A stretch of 63,994 nt of DNA, the filler included, from Octopus bimaculoides (lineage: Eukaryota), in the NCBI RefSeq assembly GCF_001194135.2. It is 5 parts of 5 records of this genome, joined end to end, with 100 filler letters (N's around TTAATTAATTAA, not from the genome) between each part and the next. Parts side by side here need not be neighbours in the genome. Positions count along the whole stretch, not along the records: positions 1 to 29,568 come from NC_068986.1; 4 more parts are not named here. One strand, written 5' to 3'. Position numbers and translations under genes: made by a program. The notes beneath the pieces are model-generated. The model was not told the origin of the DNA and did not search any database. It worked only from the letters and a program-made list of their open reading frames with translations. Positions 1-12,785 of this stretch are shown in pieces. Each line of letters begins with the position of its first letter. Position 1 is the stretch's first letter.

Positions 1-294
1 ACACATATATACATATATATACATACATTAACAATGAACGTACACACACACACGTACAAATATGCATATATAATATGTAAAAATTTATAAAATCTTTTTT
101 ATTATTCTCTATTATCACAAATGCTTGATGAATGGTTGCATGTGAAACTCTGAGTGGTAATCAGTGAAGTTTTTTCGGTTTCGATAATATCCTATTTTAA
201 TCTACTTTCGGTATTCGAGTACTTTTTTTTTTTTCATATCTTGTTTTTTAACTTTGGGCACATTAGTACGTACATACACACAAAGATATACACA

Positions 295-334
<40 letters not shown>

Positions 335-647
335 TACATACGAACATACATACATACATTCGCACACGCATAGGGAAATTGAAATTAATGTTACTTTGGA
401 TTTGCAAAAAGGCTTTCCTTTTTATAATCTACTGGAGTTTCGCTGTTTATTCAGTTGACTGAACACTACGGTAACTGGGTTCTTACATGGTGTACGAACG
501 AGGTCATAGCCTGCATTATAACAAACCCCTTAAATTTTAAACACACACTTTCACAAACACACATAATACATACATACATAAATACATACATACATATATG
601 TGTGTGTGTGCATGTGTATATATATATGTGTGTGCGTGTGCATGTGC

Positions 648-680
<33 letters not shown>

Positions 681-930
681 TGTGTATATAAGTACACAAA
701 TGGGTTAAAGGTTCACTACAGCTGTTTCGGCACACTGCATGCTGGTGTGCATGAGTATATATAATTTCATGTAATATGTATGTGTATAATTGTGTGTGCG
801 TATACATGTATGTGTAAGTGTAAGAATATGTGCGTATATGCATGGGTATATACAGGTGCGTCTGTATATGGCATATACAAGGATGTGCGGATCTCGATCC
901 TCGCTGTATCCTTAATATTAAAATATCTTA

Positions 931-1125
931 GAGCGACGAGCTGGCAGAATCGTTAGCACGCCGCGTAAAATGCTTAGCGTTATTTCGTCTGCTGCTACGT
1001 TCTGGAGTTCAAATTCCACCGGGTTCAACTTTGCCTTTCATCCTTTCGGGGTCGATAAATTAAGTACCAGAGGTACTCTGGGTTTGATGTGATCGACTAT
1101 TCCCTTCTCCCAAAATTTCGGCCCT
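931..1125 (+). mobile_element. tRNA-derived SINE, family B (one of >12 full or partial copies in the window)
   Basis: A-box-like TGGCAGAATCGTTAGC, B-box-like GTTCAAATTCC, shared body GTCGACTTTGCCTTTCATCCTTTCGGGGTCGATAAA, (TTA)n tail. Other copies at ~1812, 4010-4200(-), 9745-10210(-), 13110-13550(-), 19095, 19900-20470(-), 22950, 45900-46210, 49150-49745, 50405-50820, 60008. Confidence 0.85.
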
Positions 1126-1135
1126 TATTATTATC

Positions 1136-1170
<35 letters not shown>

Positions 1171-1171
<1 letters not shown>

Positions 1172-1750
1172 TTATGTTTGACCTTTGCTTTGCATTTGTA
1201 CAAGTTGGATCCAAGTCTCACCCAGAGACCTCAAGAGACAACAAGTTAGAAGTTCATGTAGGTGTTATGCCTAGGGTACCATATATTTGGATTTGTACAT
1301 AGTGTTGTTCTAGAGAATGTTTTAGAAACCATAAGAAAGTTATGTGTTTGTTTTAAAATTTGAGATCACATAGACAGTATTTTACGTAGGATATGGGCAN
1401 NNNNNNNNNNNNNNNNNNNNNNNNNNNNNNNNNNNNNNNNNNNNNNNNNNNNNNNNNNNNNNNNAGAATGTTTTAGAAACCATAAGAAAGTTATGTGTTT
1501 GTTTTAAAATTTGAGATCACATAGACAGTATTTTACGTAGGATATGGGCAGTTCCCATGAGCACTATCTTTTGAACTTCAGCCATTTTGGGGTTTCCTGG
1601 TATCTGAGCTAGGTAGTAATCAGCCCGTTTCGCTGTCATTCCCAGGGCACCTATGACAATAGGTATTGTTTTCGTCTTCAGATTCCACATTTTGCTAATT
1701 TCTATTTCAAGATCTTTATATTTGCTCAGTTTTTGGTAGGTCTTGACAGA
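1171..1750 (-). mobile_element. 5'-truncated Dong/R4-clade non-LTR retrotransposon: end of restriction-like endonuclease plus 3' UTR
   Basis: 1750..1517 translates without interruption as SVKTYQKLSKYKDLEIEISKMWNLKTKTIPIVIGALGMTAKRADYYLAQIPGNPKMAEVQKIVLMGTAHILRKILSM*, the typical R4/Dong C-terminus (K..KY..L; IP.VIGALG; QK.VL.GTA.ILR). Flanked on both sides by (TAA)n. Not in the ORF track. Confidence 0.88.
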
Positions 1751-1813
<63 letters not shown>

Positions 1814-3250
1814 GGTAACAAGCTGGCAGAGTCTTTAGCTTTGCCTTTCATCCTTTCGATGTCGATAAAATAAGCACCAGTTGAGTACTTAAGTCGATGC
1901 AATCGACACAGCCTTTTCTCTCCGAAATTGCTAGCCTTCTGCCAAAATTTGAAATCATCATTTATGCTGTAATTAGTGTTGTTGTTTTTGCTTATATTCG
2001 TAGCAGATACACTTTTTCCTATTTTTTACACTACATTATTCGCAGTATTCACTTTCATGACCGGTGTAAGATCCAGATGTCCTCAGGCTTTTCATATCTA
2101 TGAGCATACAAAGTTACAGTTTTTTTTCCTTCTGTTTTCGTCTGTCCCAAAAAGAAATTTGCTCGCATATTTGTTGGCATTTGTGTATTAATTTGTATGA
2201 ATTTGAAAGCGATTTGTATTTATGAATATATTTGTGTGTACGTTTTATAACATTCGTTTTCATGTTTTATTTTCTGTTGTTTTAATGTGTGCTTATGTGC
2301 ATATGTGCAAATATTGGAAAAGTTATTAGTTTGTTGAGAACACAGTGTTCATCATGATAAATGATAGGCGTTTGAAGCTTGTATTTCTCTGACAACGATT
2401 TCTTTAAAATTTAATGAGTTCAGCTTGTTTGCTTAAGAATAAGATATTGAAAAAGCCTTTTAACAATGAATGATATGTTTATATTATATTTTTATACAAA
2501 CTTTTATATGTGACAGAAATCGCTGGAATGTCAAATGGCTCAGATAGTACAAGGAAGTAGAAATTTTATTAATGACATTATAACCATAGACACACCGTAT
2601 TGTAGACGCCATTTTGAAACGATGCCTGAAGCGAGCAGAACATTACACACGAATCTCTTCTTCCTTAAACATTATGACAGACGCTGAGAGAAAGATTAAA
2701 TGCTCTAAAAGAGCTCCATTGATTATATAGCCTGAGACAATACGTAGACAAGAAAATAATCTCCCTATCTCCCTCACTCTCTCTCTCTCTCTCCCTCTCT
2801 CTCCCTCTCTCTCTGTCTTTCTATCTCTCTCCCTCTCCCTCTCCCTCTNNNNNNNNNNNNNNNNNNNNNNNNNNNNNNNNNNNNNNNNNNNNNNNNNNNN
2901 NNNNNNNNNNNNNNNNNNNNNNNNNNNNNNNNNNNNNNNNNNNNNNNNNNNNNNNNNNNNNNNNNNNNNNNNNNNNNNNNNNNNNNNNNNNNNNNNNNNN
3001 NNNNNNNNNNNNNNNNNNNNNNNNNNNNNNNNNNNNNNNNNNNNNNNNNNNNNNNNNNNNNNNNNNNNNNNNNNNNNNNNNNNNNNNNNNNNNNNNNNNN
3101 NNNNNNNNNNNNNNNNNNNNNNNNNNNNNNNNNNNNNNNNNNNNNNNNNNNNNNNNNNNNNNNNNNNNNNNNNNNNNNNNNNNNNNCACTCGCTCATACT
3201 CTCTTCTATCTGTCAATATATGTATGTTAGTATACATATATGTGTGTGTA

Positions 3251-3291
<41 letters not shown>

Positions 3292-5532
3292 TCTCTCTCT
3301 CTCTCTCTCACATGCATGCACACACGCGCGCGCATACATACACGTGTACACTTACGCATACGCATGCATCTATCTGCTAGCATGTCTCTCTGCTTATGCG
3401 CGTATTTATGAATATATGTGTGTGAGTGTGTCTGTGTATGTTTGTGTGTGTGTGTGTGTGTGTGTGTGCGTGCGTGTGTGTGTGTGTATGTGCATGTATG
3501 TATGTGTGTGTATCTACCTGTCCATGAGTCTATCCGTTTTTCATTTACCTGTTATACTATTATTACTACAACTGCAATTGTTTGTTTGTGCACCTACCTC
3601 TTTTAATGTATGTTGTTCCTACGATTATGTTGTATATTATGAATGTCACAAAATTCTTTTTAATATTTTTTCTTGCATTCTGGGAATAATAGTAATCATT
3701 AGGTTCACGATCAAAGACTTTGAGAGGAGGGTGTTTGTCGATGAGACTGCCCCATGTATTAGGTAGATGCTTTATTTTATCGACCTTGAAGGAATGAAAG
3801 ACAAAGGTCAAAACGTAAAGAGCCGTATGAAATGCCTCAAAGAATTTTACCCCATGTTCAACGCAAAGCTAAAATGATATTTCGAGACGCCTACTGATAT
3901 TTATATGACGGATGTTCCTAAAGTGTCTCTAGATGCCTGAAAAAGTTTAGCTCACCGGTTACAATCACAGTATGATAGGCTACTGGTATGAAGGTCTTTT
4001 CTGCTCTAGCCACATGGTCCACAATTTTTGGAGGGGGGGGGCCAGTCGATTACATCGATCCCAGTACGCAACTGGTACTTAATTTATCGACCCCGAAAGG
4101 ATGAAAGGTAAAGTCAACCTCGGCGGAATTTGAACTCAGAACGTAAAGGCAGACGAAATACTGCTAAGCATTTCACCCGACGTGCTAACGTTTCTGTCAG
4201 CGCGCCGCCTTGTATGAAGGCTACACTATTCCGTATTAGGGCCACCATCTTACAATCCAGGCCCTGGAAGACGCTATCCCACTGTTTCGGAGTTGATGCA
4301 ACCGTGTGCATCCAGAAAATCTTAGTTTTTTTCGTTGCTATCACAAAGTATGTATGCGGGCTGAGTTAACCATGTTTAACCATGTGACCTTCTTTGATAG
4401 CTAATTCAACTCCACGTACATTTATACAACCACCATACAACCACCATTTTTAACAGGTTGGGTGGAGATAAAAGTAGATGAGACTTCATATTCTATGTGA
4501 GGAGGGCAATCTGTGCTAATCCGGTTTTTAGAGGTCCTTTGTGGTCTCCGAAGCTAATCCGGTTTTTAGAGATCCTTTGCTGTCTCAAACCTATTAGAAA
4601 TTGTAATGACAAGATTATCTACCACTCTTGCTATATCTCACAAATTACTTATCCGCCTTATTACTCCCATTTTTAGTTCTACCATGATGTCCACTACGTT
4701 GTTGATTTCTTATTATATATTTCAAAGCAAATATTTTCGCAACCTAAACTTTACAAACATTAAAGGCGACAAAAAGATAACTGACTAACTCTCCCAAAGT
4801 GCTGGTCACCATGTGAACTAAATGATAATAACAATCTAGTTGTAGTTAAGGAGTTTTCGACAGACATTTCGTAACGCTATTTGGCTTCTATGTCGCAGAC
4901 AAAAATAAATAAAACAAGATAAAATTATAATTTTTTTTTTTTAATCAAGGAATAGAAATAATAAATAATGAAAATATGGTAGTTTCTAACATTGATACAA
5001 GATCATAAATTAGGAAAATGAAGAGATTAAAATAACCCTAGTACTCAACTTGTACTTTACTTTACTTTACCAACTTCAGCAAGAGGAAATGCCAAGTTGA
5101 CTTTAATGGGTTCCGAACTCACAATGCAGAGGACCATAATTAAATAACAGTAAAGCCTTGTAGCTGACGCTCAAGCGATTCTGCCAATCTTAACAATCAC
5201 AAAAAGAAAAAGAACAAAAACTATTCTTTGTTTTGTGTTTTTTTCATTATTATTTTACATTGTATTTTAAATATTGAAGCCAGCTAACATATTTTAAGCA
5301 ACATTTCCCTCATTTTTCTTCTTCAGTTATGAATTATTCTGTTTCACAAGTCTCCATCAGTTTCTAGTTGTTACTTAAAAGCATATTTTTCACTCTCACT
5401 TTTTATTTTACTCAATCATTTTCATATTAACATCTGATGTTCTCTTGTCTCTGGTTGCATAGCACACCATTTGTTTATGTTACACTGTACAACAGACAAT
5501 TTCTTTAGATTTCTTCTTGATCAACAACAGAG

Positions 5533-5586
<54 letters not shown>

Positions 5587-5616
5587 CATATATGTTTGTA
5601 CATATACATATATGTT

Positions 5617-5652
<36 letters not shown>

Positions 5653-6489
5653 NNNNNNNNNNNNNNNNNNNNNNNNNNNNNNNNNNNNNNNNNNNNNNNN
5701 NNNNNNNNNNNNNNNNNNNNNNNNNNNNNNNNNNNNNNNNNNNNNNNNNNNNNNNNNNNNNNNNNNNNNNNNNNNNNNNNNNNNNNNNNNNNNNNNNNNN
5801 NNNNNNNNNNNNNNNNNNNNNNNNNNNNNNNNNNNNNNNNNNNNNNNNNNNNNNNNNNNNNNNNNNNNNNNNNNNNNNNNNNNNNNNNNNNNNNNNNNNN
5901 NNNNNNNNNNNNNNNNNNNNNNNNNNNNNNNNNNNNNNNNNNNNNNNNNNNNNNNNNNNNNNNNNNNNNNNNNNNNNNNNNNNNNNNNNNNNNNNNNNNN
6001 NNNNNNNNNNNNNNNNNNNNNNNNNNNNNNNNNNNNNNNNNNNNNNNNNNNNNNNNNNNNNNNNNNNNNNNNNNNNNNNNNNNNNNNNNNNNNNNNNNNN
6101 NNNNNNNNNNNNNNNNNNNNNNNNNNNNNNNNNNNNNNNNNNNNNNNNNNNNNNNNNNNNNNNNNNNNNNNNNNNNNNNNNNNNNNNNNNNNNNNNNNNN
6201 NNNNNNNNNNNNNNNNNNNNNNNNNNNNNNNNNNNNNNNNNNNGCCGGGTACTTGTTCAATCGATCTCCTTGTCAAACCACTAAATTATGGGGATGTAAA
6301 CACACCAACACCGGTTGTCAAGCGGTAGTAGTGTACAAAACACAGACACATGTATATAAATATATATTCGACAGGCTTCTTACAGTTTCCGTCTACCAAA
6401 TCCACTCACAAGGCTTTAGTCGGCCCGAGGTTATAGAAAAAGACATTTGCCCAAGATGCCATGCAGTGGGACTGGATCAGTAAATATAT

Positions 6490-6557
6490 ATTCTTCTTCT
6501 TCTTCTTCTTCTTCTTCTTCTTCTTCTTCTTCTTCTTCTTCTTCTTCTTCTTCTTCA
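6490..6557. repeat. (CTT)n microsatellite
   Basis: Pure trinucleotide run seen directly. Confidence 0.95.
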
Positions 6558-7778
6558 ATTCGCATGTGAAAGACATCGTTTCTCTTATTGTTTTTATCTT
6601 CCCTTATTCATTTATATTTATTCAATCAAGCATTCTACCCACTTCCGTACCTATACGCCTCTCTCAACAGCCGATCCATAGATCAGTCTATTTATATAAC
6701 GATAGGGTGCAGCACTATTGGCGGAAGGGTCGACGGTTCTCATCGTACCACTGGTACCCCAACCCTTGAGTGCATTGCCAACATTATATTTTTTACTCAA
6801 GCCACTAAGTTTTAGAGCAAGTACTATGCCGAGACCTGTCTTCGATTATTGTAGTCCGAGTAGGTCTCTATTAATCAGGAGTGGGAGCATAGCATATTGA
6901 ACGAGATTTTTTTTTTATTAACTAGCAGTACTGAGTTCAAGTTCAGGTCAAGTTACACTAGAGCAATTTTCTGGCCCTCTCTTCTCAACAGAGGGAGAGG
7001 AAACTACTCCATTGCACCCTCTTCGTCGAGTGATGACTCATACTGTCTTGGTCAAATATGCCGTTGGACAAGAAATCTAGCTTGTACGGGGTCTGTATTA
7101 GTTAGAGCACAAAAGTCTATTCCCTTAAGATTCACAAGGTGCAAGCTTCCAGCTCCCACCAGGTGGAGATCTCAAATATTCATTAATAATCCTGATGTCA
7201 GGAACTAAACTGATACTTTAGGGAAACAAGGAAATAAGAGTTAGCTTCCACGTCCAAGGGTCACAAAACAATGCCTGCATGGTGTATATTTCGAACGAAC
7301 AGCTCGAAATACCGGTATCTTATCTATCAAATTACTCGCTTCCTTATCCGATGGACCATATGAAAACCATCACATCCACCAATCTGCAGCCATATTGAAT
7401 AGCTCAGCGCTATCATATCATTGAAAGAACTATACCAGTTGACCCTCGTCTGCGCCCGTTACACTGACATACCAAAATTATTGTCTTCTTTCAAACCTCG
7501 TTTCTTGACATTTTGTTCAACTATCTTCGTCTCCTAATCAGCTACAGTGACAGGTAACCTTTTATGTCTCTTAAAACGCACGCGCACACATACATACACA
7601 CACACACAAACTCATACACGCGCGCACACACGGACACAAACACACATATTCACACATCTTCATACACTCATACACATACACACACATAGATGCATACACT
7701 TGCACACAAACGTACGAATACATACACAAACAGCCAAACTTATATATAGTTACATATGTTATCACTCACTGTGTGTGT

Positions 7779-7852
<74 letters not shown>

Positions 7853-8761
7853 GGAGTGAAGGGTCAAGTATTCGCGTACATGCGCATACACATATACGCA
7901 CATAGAAATGCATCGCGTAAACAGATACACTTACATGCATGTATTGATGGGAAGTAACAGGGGCAAATAAAATTAAATGGAAAAGGAAAAAAAAGATAAA
8001 CGAACAAATGAAAAGAAGAAAAAGAGAAAGAGAGAAAGAGAGAAAAGAAAGAAAGAGGAAGAGGGAGAGGGAAGATAAAAAAGGCATAAAACAAAAAAAA
8101 GATAGGAAGTGTGAAAATGAATGTGTAATTATATATAATATTAAGTGGGTATTAGACTATGTTATGTGATTAAACAAGCGTTTTTGAATCGAATACATTG
8201 CATATGTGTGTAAATANNNNNNNNNNNNNNNNNNNNNNNNNNNNNNNNNNNNNNNNNNNNNNNNNNNNNNNNNNNNNNNNNNNNNNNNNNNNNNNNNNNN
8301 NNNNNNNNNNNNNNNNNNNNNNNNNNNNNNNNNNNNNNNNNNNNNNNNNNNNNNNNNNNNNNNNNNNNNNNNNNNNNNNNNNNNNNNNNNNNNNNNNNNN
8401 NNNNNNNNNNNNNNNNNNNNNNNNNNNNNNNNNNNNNNNNNNNNNNNNNNNNNNNNNNNNNNNNNNNNNNNNNNNNNNNNNNNNNNNNNNNNNNNNNNNN
8501 NNNNNNNNNNNNNNNNNNNNNNNNNNNNNNNNNNNNNNNNNNNNNNNNNNNNNNNNNNNNNNNNNNNNNNNNNNNNNNNNNNNNNNNNNNNNNNNNNNNN
8601 NNNNNNNNNNNNNNNNNNNNNNNNNNNNNNNNNNNNNNNNNNNNNNNNNNNNNNNNNNNNNNNNNNNNNNNNNNNNNNNNNNNNNNNNNNNNNNNNNNNN
8701 NNNNNNNNNNNNNNNNNNNNNNNNNNNNNNNNNNNNNNNNNNNNNNNNNNNNNNNNNNNNN

Positions 8762-9655
8762 TCTCTGATCAATAAGTATCCAAATTGTTACCATAGTAAC
8801 GAAGCTAAATCATGCAGAGTGAAACCGCTTGCCACAGATTGACCTTGAACTCTGTTGTGCATGCGCACTAAGTTTTAACGTTCTAGCTCACTCCCTCTGT
8901 TTAAAGCAGTGCTTGGAAGGAAGGTGTGTAGCGTGTGATAGTCGCATTGACCATGACAGAGATAGTTGAGCAGAGAATCTGCATCAAATTTTGCTAAAAG
9001 CTTGATGATACCTGCTCAGAGCCCTACGCAAATTTCTCAAAAGGTTTCCATCGTTCTCGTCATAATCAAGGAGATCTTGTGCAACTGACACCCGGGTGTC
9101 TTTTTGGTTAGCTGAAAGGAGTTTTGGCATAAACTTGGCAGAAACGCGTCTCATACCCAAATCTTCAGTGATAGTGGACTGAACTGAACCATTACTAATC
9201 TGCACATCCTCTGGTAACTCACGGATGGTGATTCAACAATTTCCATTCACAGCTGCACGCACATCGCCAAGTTTTTTTTTTATTGTTCTGCTGGTTGTGA
9301 GTCTTCCAGAACGTTCGTCAAAAACGACATATTTTCGGCCATCTTGGAAGCGTCTGAACCACTCATACACGTGTGTACAACTCATGCACTCCTCTCAATA
9401 CACTTTCTGTAACCTTGCGTAGGTCTCTGAGCAGGTATGGCCATGACAGTTTTCTCTGTCATGGTCAATGCGACGATAACACGCTACACACATTCCTTCC
9501 AAGCACTGCCGTAAACAACAAAAGAGGGTTAGAACGTTAAAACTTAATGCACAAACACAGTAGAGTTCAAGGTCAACCTTTGTCAAGCGGCTTTACTCTG
9601 CGTGCTTCAGTTTCGATACTATGGCAACAGTCCGGATACTTATTGATCAGTCCTC

Positions 9656-9658
<3 letters not shown>
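8762..9658. mobile_element. Rearranged mariner derivative with two 5' ends as ~270-bp inverted arms
   Basis: The right end reads TACGAGGACTGATCAATAAGTATCCGGACTG on minus and the left end CTGATCAATAAGTATCC on plus. Plus arm encodes MTEIVEQRICIKFC*KL. The minus portion encodes decayed transposase (TEDLGMRRVSAKFMPKLLSANQKDTRVSVAQDLL). Ends at a (TA)n run. Confidence 0.85.
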
Positions 9659-9696
<38 letters not shown>

Positions 9697-10221
9697 ATTA
9701 TTTGTAGAATTCTTTTGAATTAAGGTCTTCTAATATCGATTTCAAGGAAAAATAGTCGACCTTGGCAGAATTTGAACTTAGAACTTAAAGACGTACAAAA
9801 TGCCGCTAAGCATTTTGTTTGACGTGCTAACGATTCAACCAGCTCACCGCCTTTGTGGAAGGGAACTAGTCGATTGCATTGACCCCAGAGTTTTTCTGGT
9901 ACTTAATTTATCGACGATGAAAAGATGAAAGGCAAAGTCGACATCGGTGGAATTTGAACTCAGAAAATAAAGACGGACGAAATGGCGCAATGCACTTTTG
10001 TTCAGCATGCTAACGATTATGCCAGCTCGCAGCCTATATAATAACAATTATAGCGGTCTTAAATTTTGCCACAAGGGCAGCAATTTGGGGGGAGGGTGTG
10101 AGTCGATTACATTGACCCAGTGTTCAATTGGTACTTATTTTTTTATCGATCCCGAGAGGATGAAAGCAAAGTCAACCTCAGCGGAATTTGAACTCAGAAC
10201 GTAGCGACGAGCGAAATGGAG

Positions 10222-11040
10222 TCAGAGTATCTTGTTGTTGTGTTTGACATTCTCTGACCAGATCTTAATCCAAAACGAAATTGCTTCATTGAGTTTAGGT
10301 AACTCTACGTCTTCCTTATCTCCTCCATCCGGAGTCTCGTAGGACAGCTTCAGATTTGTTCTAAACTGTTGAATTTCTTTCAACCGTATGCATCTTTCCT
10401 CGTATCTCTCAATCTTAACTCTATTCGTTGTGATCTTTTTTAACATATCCGATGTAAAGAGAGTGCCCTTATCCACCGTCTGGTATTTCTTATTCATGTA
10501 ATTCTGTTCTCTTTCATTGAGCCTCATATTTCTTCTCCTTACTTCTTCGGTCTTACTTAAATCCTTCCTCCATGTATCGATATTTATTTTCCTTGTCCAG
10601 AATGGTTCTTTGTTTCTTTGTACTTTCTTTTCTCTAAACATTTCCATCTCTGTAATGACATAAGCAGTGGCATGCATCAAGAAATTTAACTCCGTTATAT
10701 CCTTAACTGGAATTCTCATAACAACTTCATTCGCTTTCCTGAGTTCTGATATTAACTTTGCTCTATGACATGACAATGTTGGTAACCTTTTCTTTTCTTC
10801 AAGGAACATCACTTCCAGAATTTTGTCGCAGAGAGTAGCTTGTTCTGGGTTAATTTCTTCCGGTGACTCTCTAGTTGGTGGTACGTTAATATTTTCTATA
10901 TATATAGTAGATTTCCTTCCTCCATATCCAAGCTCTATAGATTCTCCAGTTCCATGGGTATTTCTTCTGGGCCAGTAGTCTCCTGCAGTTCCTTTCGCAT
11001 TTCCATTATAATCTCCTTTTGTTCCATCATTTCTAACCAC
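10222..11040 (-). mobile_element. Dong/R4-clade retrotransposon ORF fragment (region N-terminal to the RT domain)
   Basis: 272-aa ORF with motifs I recall from R4/Dong ORFs: LPTL, EPFW..KI..WRKDLS, QQFRTNLK..Y, P...E...FW..IWSE..KHN. No RT core is present. Confidence 0.7.
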
Positions 11041-11145
11041 TTTTTGATCTTAATTTGTCTAATCTGATCAAACAATCTTTGTTCACTCGCATCCTTCAGC
11101 TCATCATCACTATCATCATCATTATCATCATCATCATCGTCATCA

Positions 11146-11190
<45 letters not shown>

Positions 11191-11453
11191 TCAACATCAT
11201 CACCGTGATGGACATAATATCAAATAATGATAACATTATGCGGAAGGGAGCTGAAATGTTCAAGAATCACACCAACCTAGCTCTTGAATTAATAATATAG
11301 CAATTAAGGAATATGTCTATCAACCCACTCGCAATTAACACAGCTGGAGTGATACGCAACTACTCCTCTAAGGACATTGACATGTTAACTATATCGATAG
11401 ACAAAAGCGCTATATGCATGCTTGGATGAAATTAAGTAGTACATATACTGTGA

Positions 11454-11800
11454 AGGCACATGGCTCGATGGTTAGAGTGTCGGGCTCACAATCATGAGGT
11501 AGGTAGTGAGTTCCTTTCCTGCATCGGGCTGTGTTGTGTTCTTGAGCAAGACACTTAATTTCATGTTGTTCCAGTTCACTCAGCTGTAGAAAGAAGTTGC
11601 GACATCACTGGTACCAAGCTGTATCGGCCCCTTTGCCTTTTCCTTGATCAAAGTCGGTGGCGTGGAGCGGGGAGACTGGTATGCATGGGCGACCACTTGT
11701 CTTCCCCAAATCAGCCTTGCCCGGACTTGTGCTTTCGGAGAGGAACTTTCTGGGTGAAACCCCACGGTCATTCGTGACCGAAGTGGGGTCTTAGATACAG
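11454..11800 (+). mobile_element. tRNA-derived SINE with TTGAGCAAGACACTTAA central box (family F)
   Basis: Head TGGCTCGATGGTTAGAG, followed by CTTGAGCAAGACACTTAATTTC. Related copies at ~15930-16150(-) and ~37600-37800. Confidence 0.7.
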
Positions 11801-12337
11801 TCATTGAAAAATATCTATATGTAGGCGCAGGCGTGACTGTGTTCTGGGTTCAATCCCACTGCACAGCACCTTGGGCTAGTGTTTTGTACTCCAGCCCTGG
11901 CTGACCAATGCCTTGTGAAGGAATTTGGTTGACGGAAACTGAAAGAAGCTTGTCGTGTGTGCGTGCGGGCGACTAAAAATTCTTCAAGGTTCAGCTCCAG
12001 CATGGCCGCAGTCTAATGACTGTAACGAGTAAAGGATAAAAGTCGTGACCAAGTGGTAAGTTTATGGAACAGTTTGTGTGTGTGTGTGTGTGGTAAGAAT
12101 AAGCTCAGGTGTGGCTGTGTGTGGTGAGAAGTTTTTTTCCCAGCCACATGGTTCCGGTATCGGGTTCAGTTCAACCGCGTTCAGTGGCACCTTGAATTGA
12201 TAATATAAGTACCAGCTAAACCAATACAAAAAAAAGTACTGAGGTCGATTATTTCCACTAAAACCCTTCAAAGCGGTGTCTCTAAATAGTGGCAGTCCAA
12301 TGAAGGAAGCAAATAAACACAAAAGCAGATATATATG

Positions 12338-12370
<33 letters not shown>

Positions 12371-12388
12371 NNNNNNNNNNTATATATG

Positions 12389-12434
<46 letters not shown>

Positions 12435-12515
12435 AGTGCATGCGTCTATACACATGTGCAGCACGGAGGAGACTCATAAATCATTTACCATTACAGTAAT
12501 TTTATTTTTTAATTT

Positions 12516-12588
12516 TTAGAAATAGCTCAGTTGGGAGAGCGTTAGACTGAAGATCTAAAGGTCCCTGGTTCAATCCCGGGTTTCGGCA
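12516..12588 (+). tRNA. tRNA-Phe(GAA), probable pseudogene
   Basis: Positions 4-73 match the standard eukaryotic tRNA-Phe (GAAATAGCTCAGTTGGGAGAGCGTTAGACTGAAGATCTAAAGGTCCCTGGTTCAATCCCGGGTTTCGGCA), anticodon GAA at 12549-12551. Positions 1-3 are TTA instead of GCC. A T5 terminator lies ~20 nt downstream. Confidence 0.9.
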
Positions 12589-12616
12589 TCCGGTGGCTGG
12601 TCTGCTTATTTTTATA

Positions 12617-12785
12617 GGCGCATGAGTGGCTGTGTGGTAAGTAGCTTGCTTACCAACCACATGGTTCCGGGTTCAGTCCCACTGCGTGGTACCTAGGGCA
12701 AGTGTCTTCTACTATAGCCTCGGGCCGACCAAAGCCTTGTGAGTGGATTTGGTAGACGGAAACTGAAAGAAGCCCGTCGTATATA
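12617..12785 (+). mobile_element. tRNA-derived SINE family A, 5' half (runs into a microsatellite and gap)
   Basis: TGGCTGTGTGG A-box, GGTTCAGTCCC B-box, body GGCAAGTGTCTTCTACTATAGCCTCGGGCCGACCAAAGCC...GAAAGAAGCCCGTCG; many copies in the window. Confidence 0.85.

Noticed and set aside
1315-1550. 85-bp direct repeat either side of an N-gap
   Set aside because: Identical sequence flanking a gap inside the Dong 3' UTR: unmerged contig overlap.
6570-7540. Unique, moderately GC-rich stretch with several 60-100-aa ORFs
   Set aside because: No recognisable protein motif or convincing exon in any frame; left uncalled.
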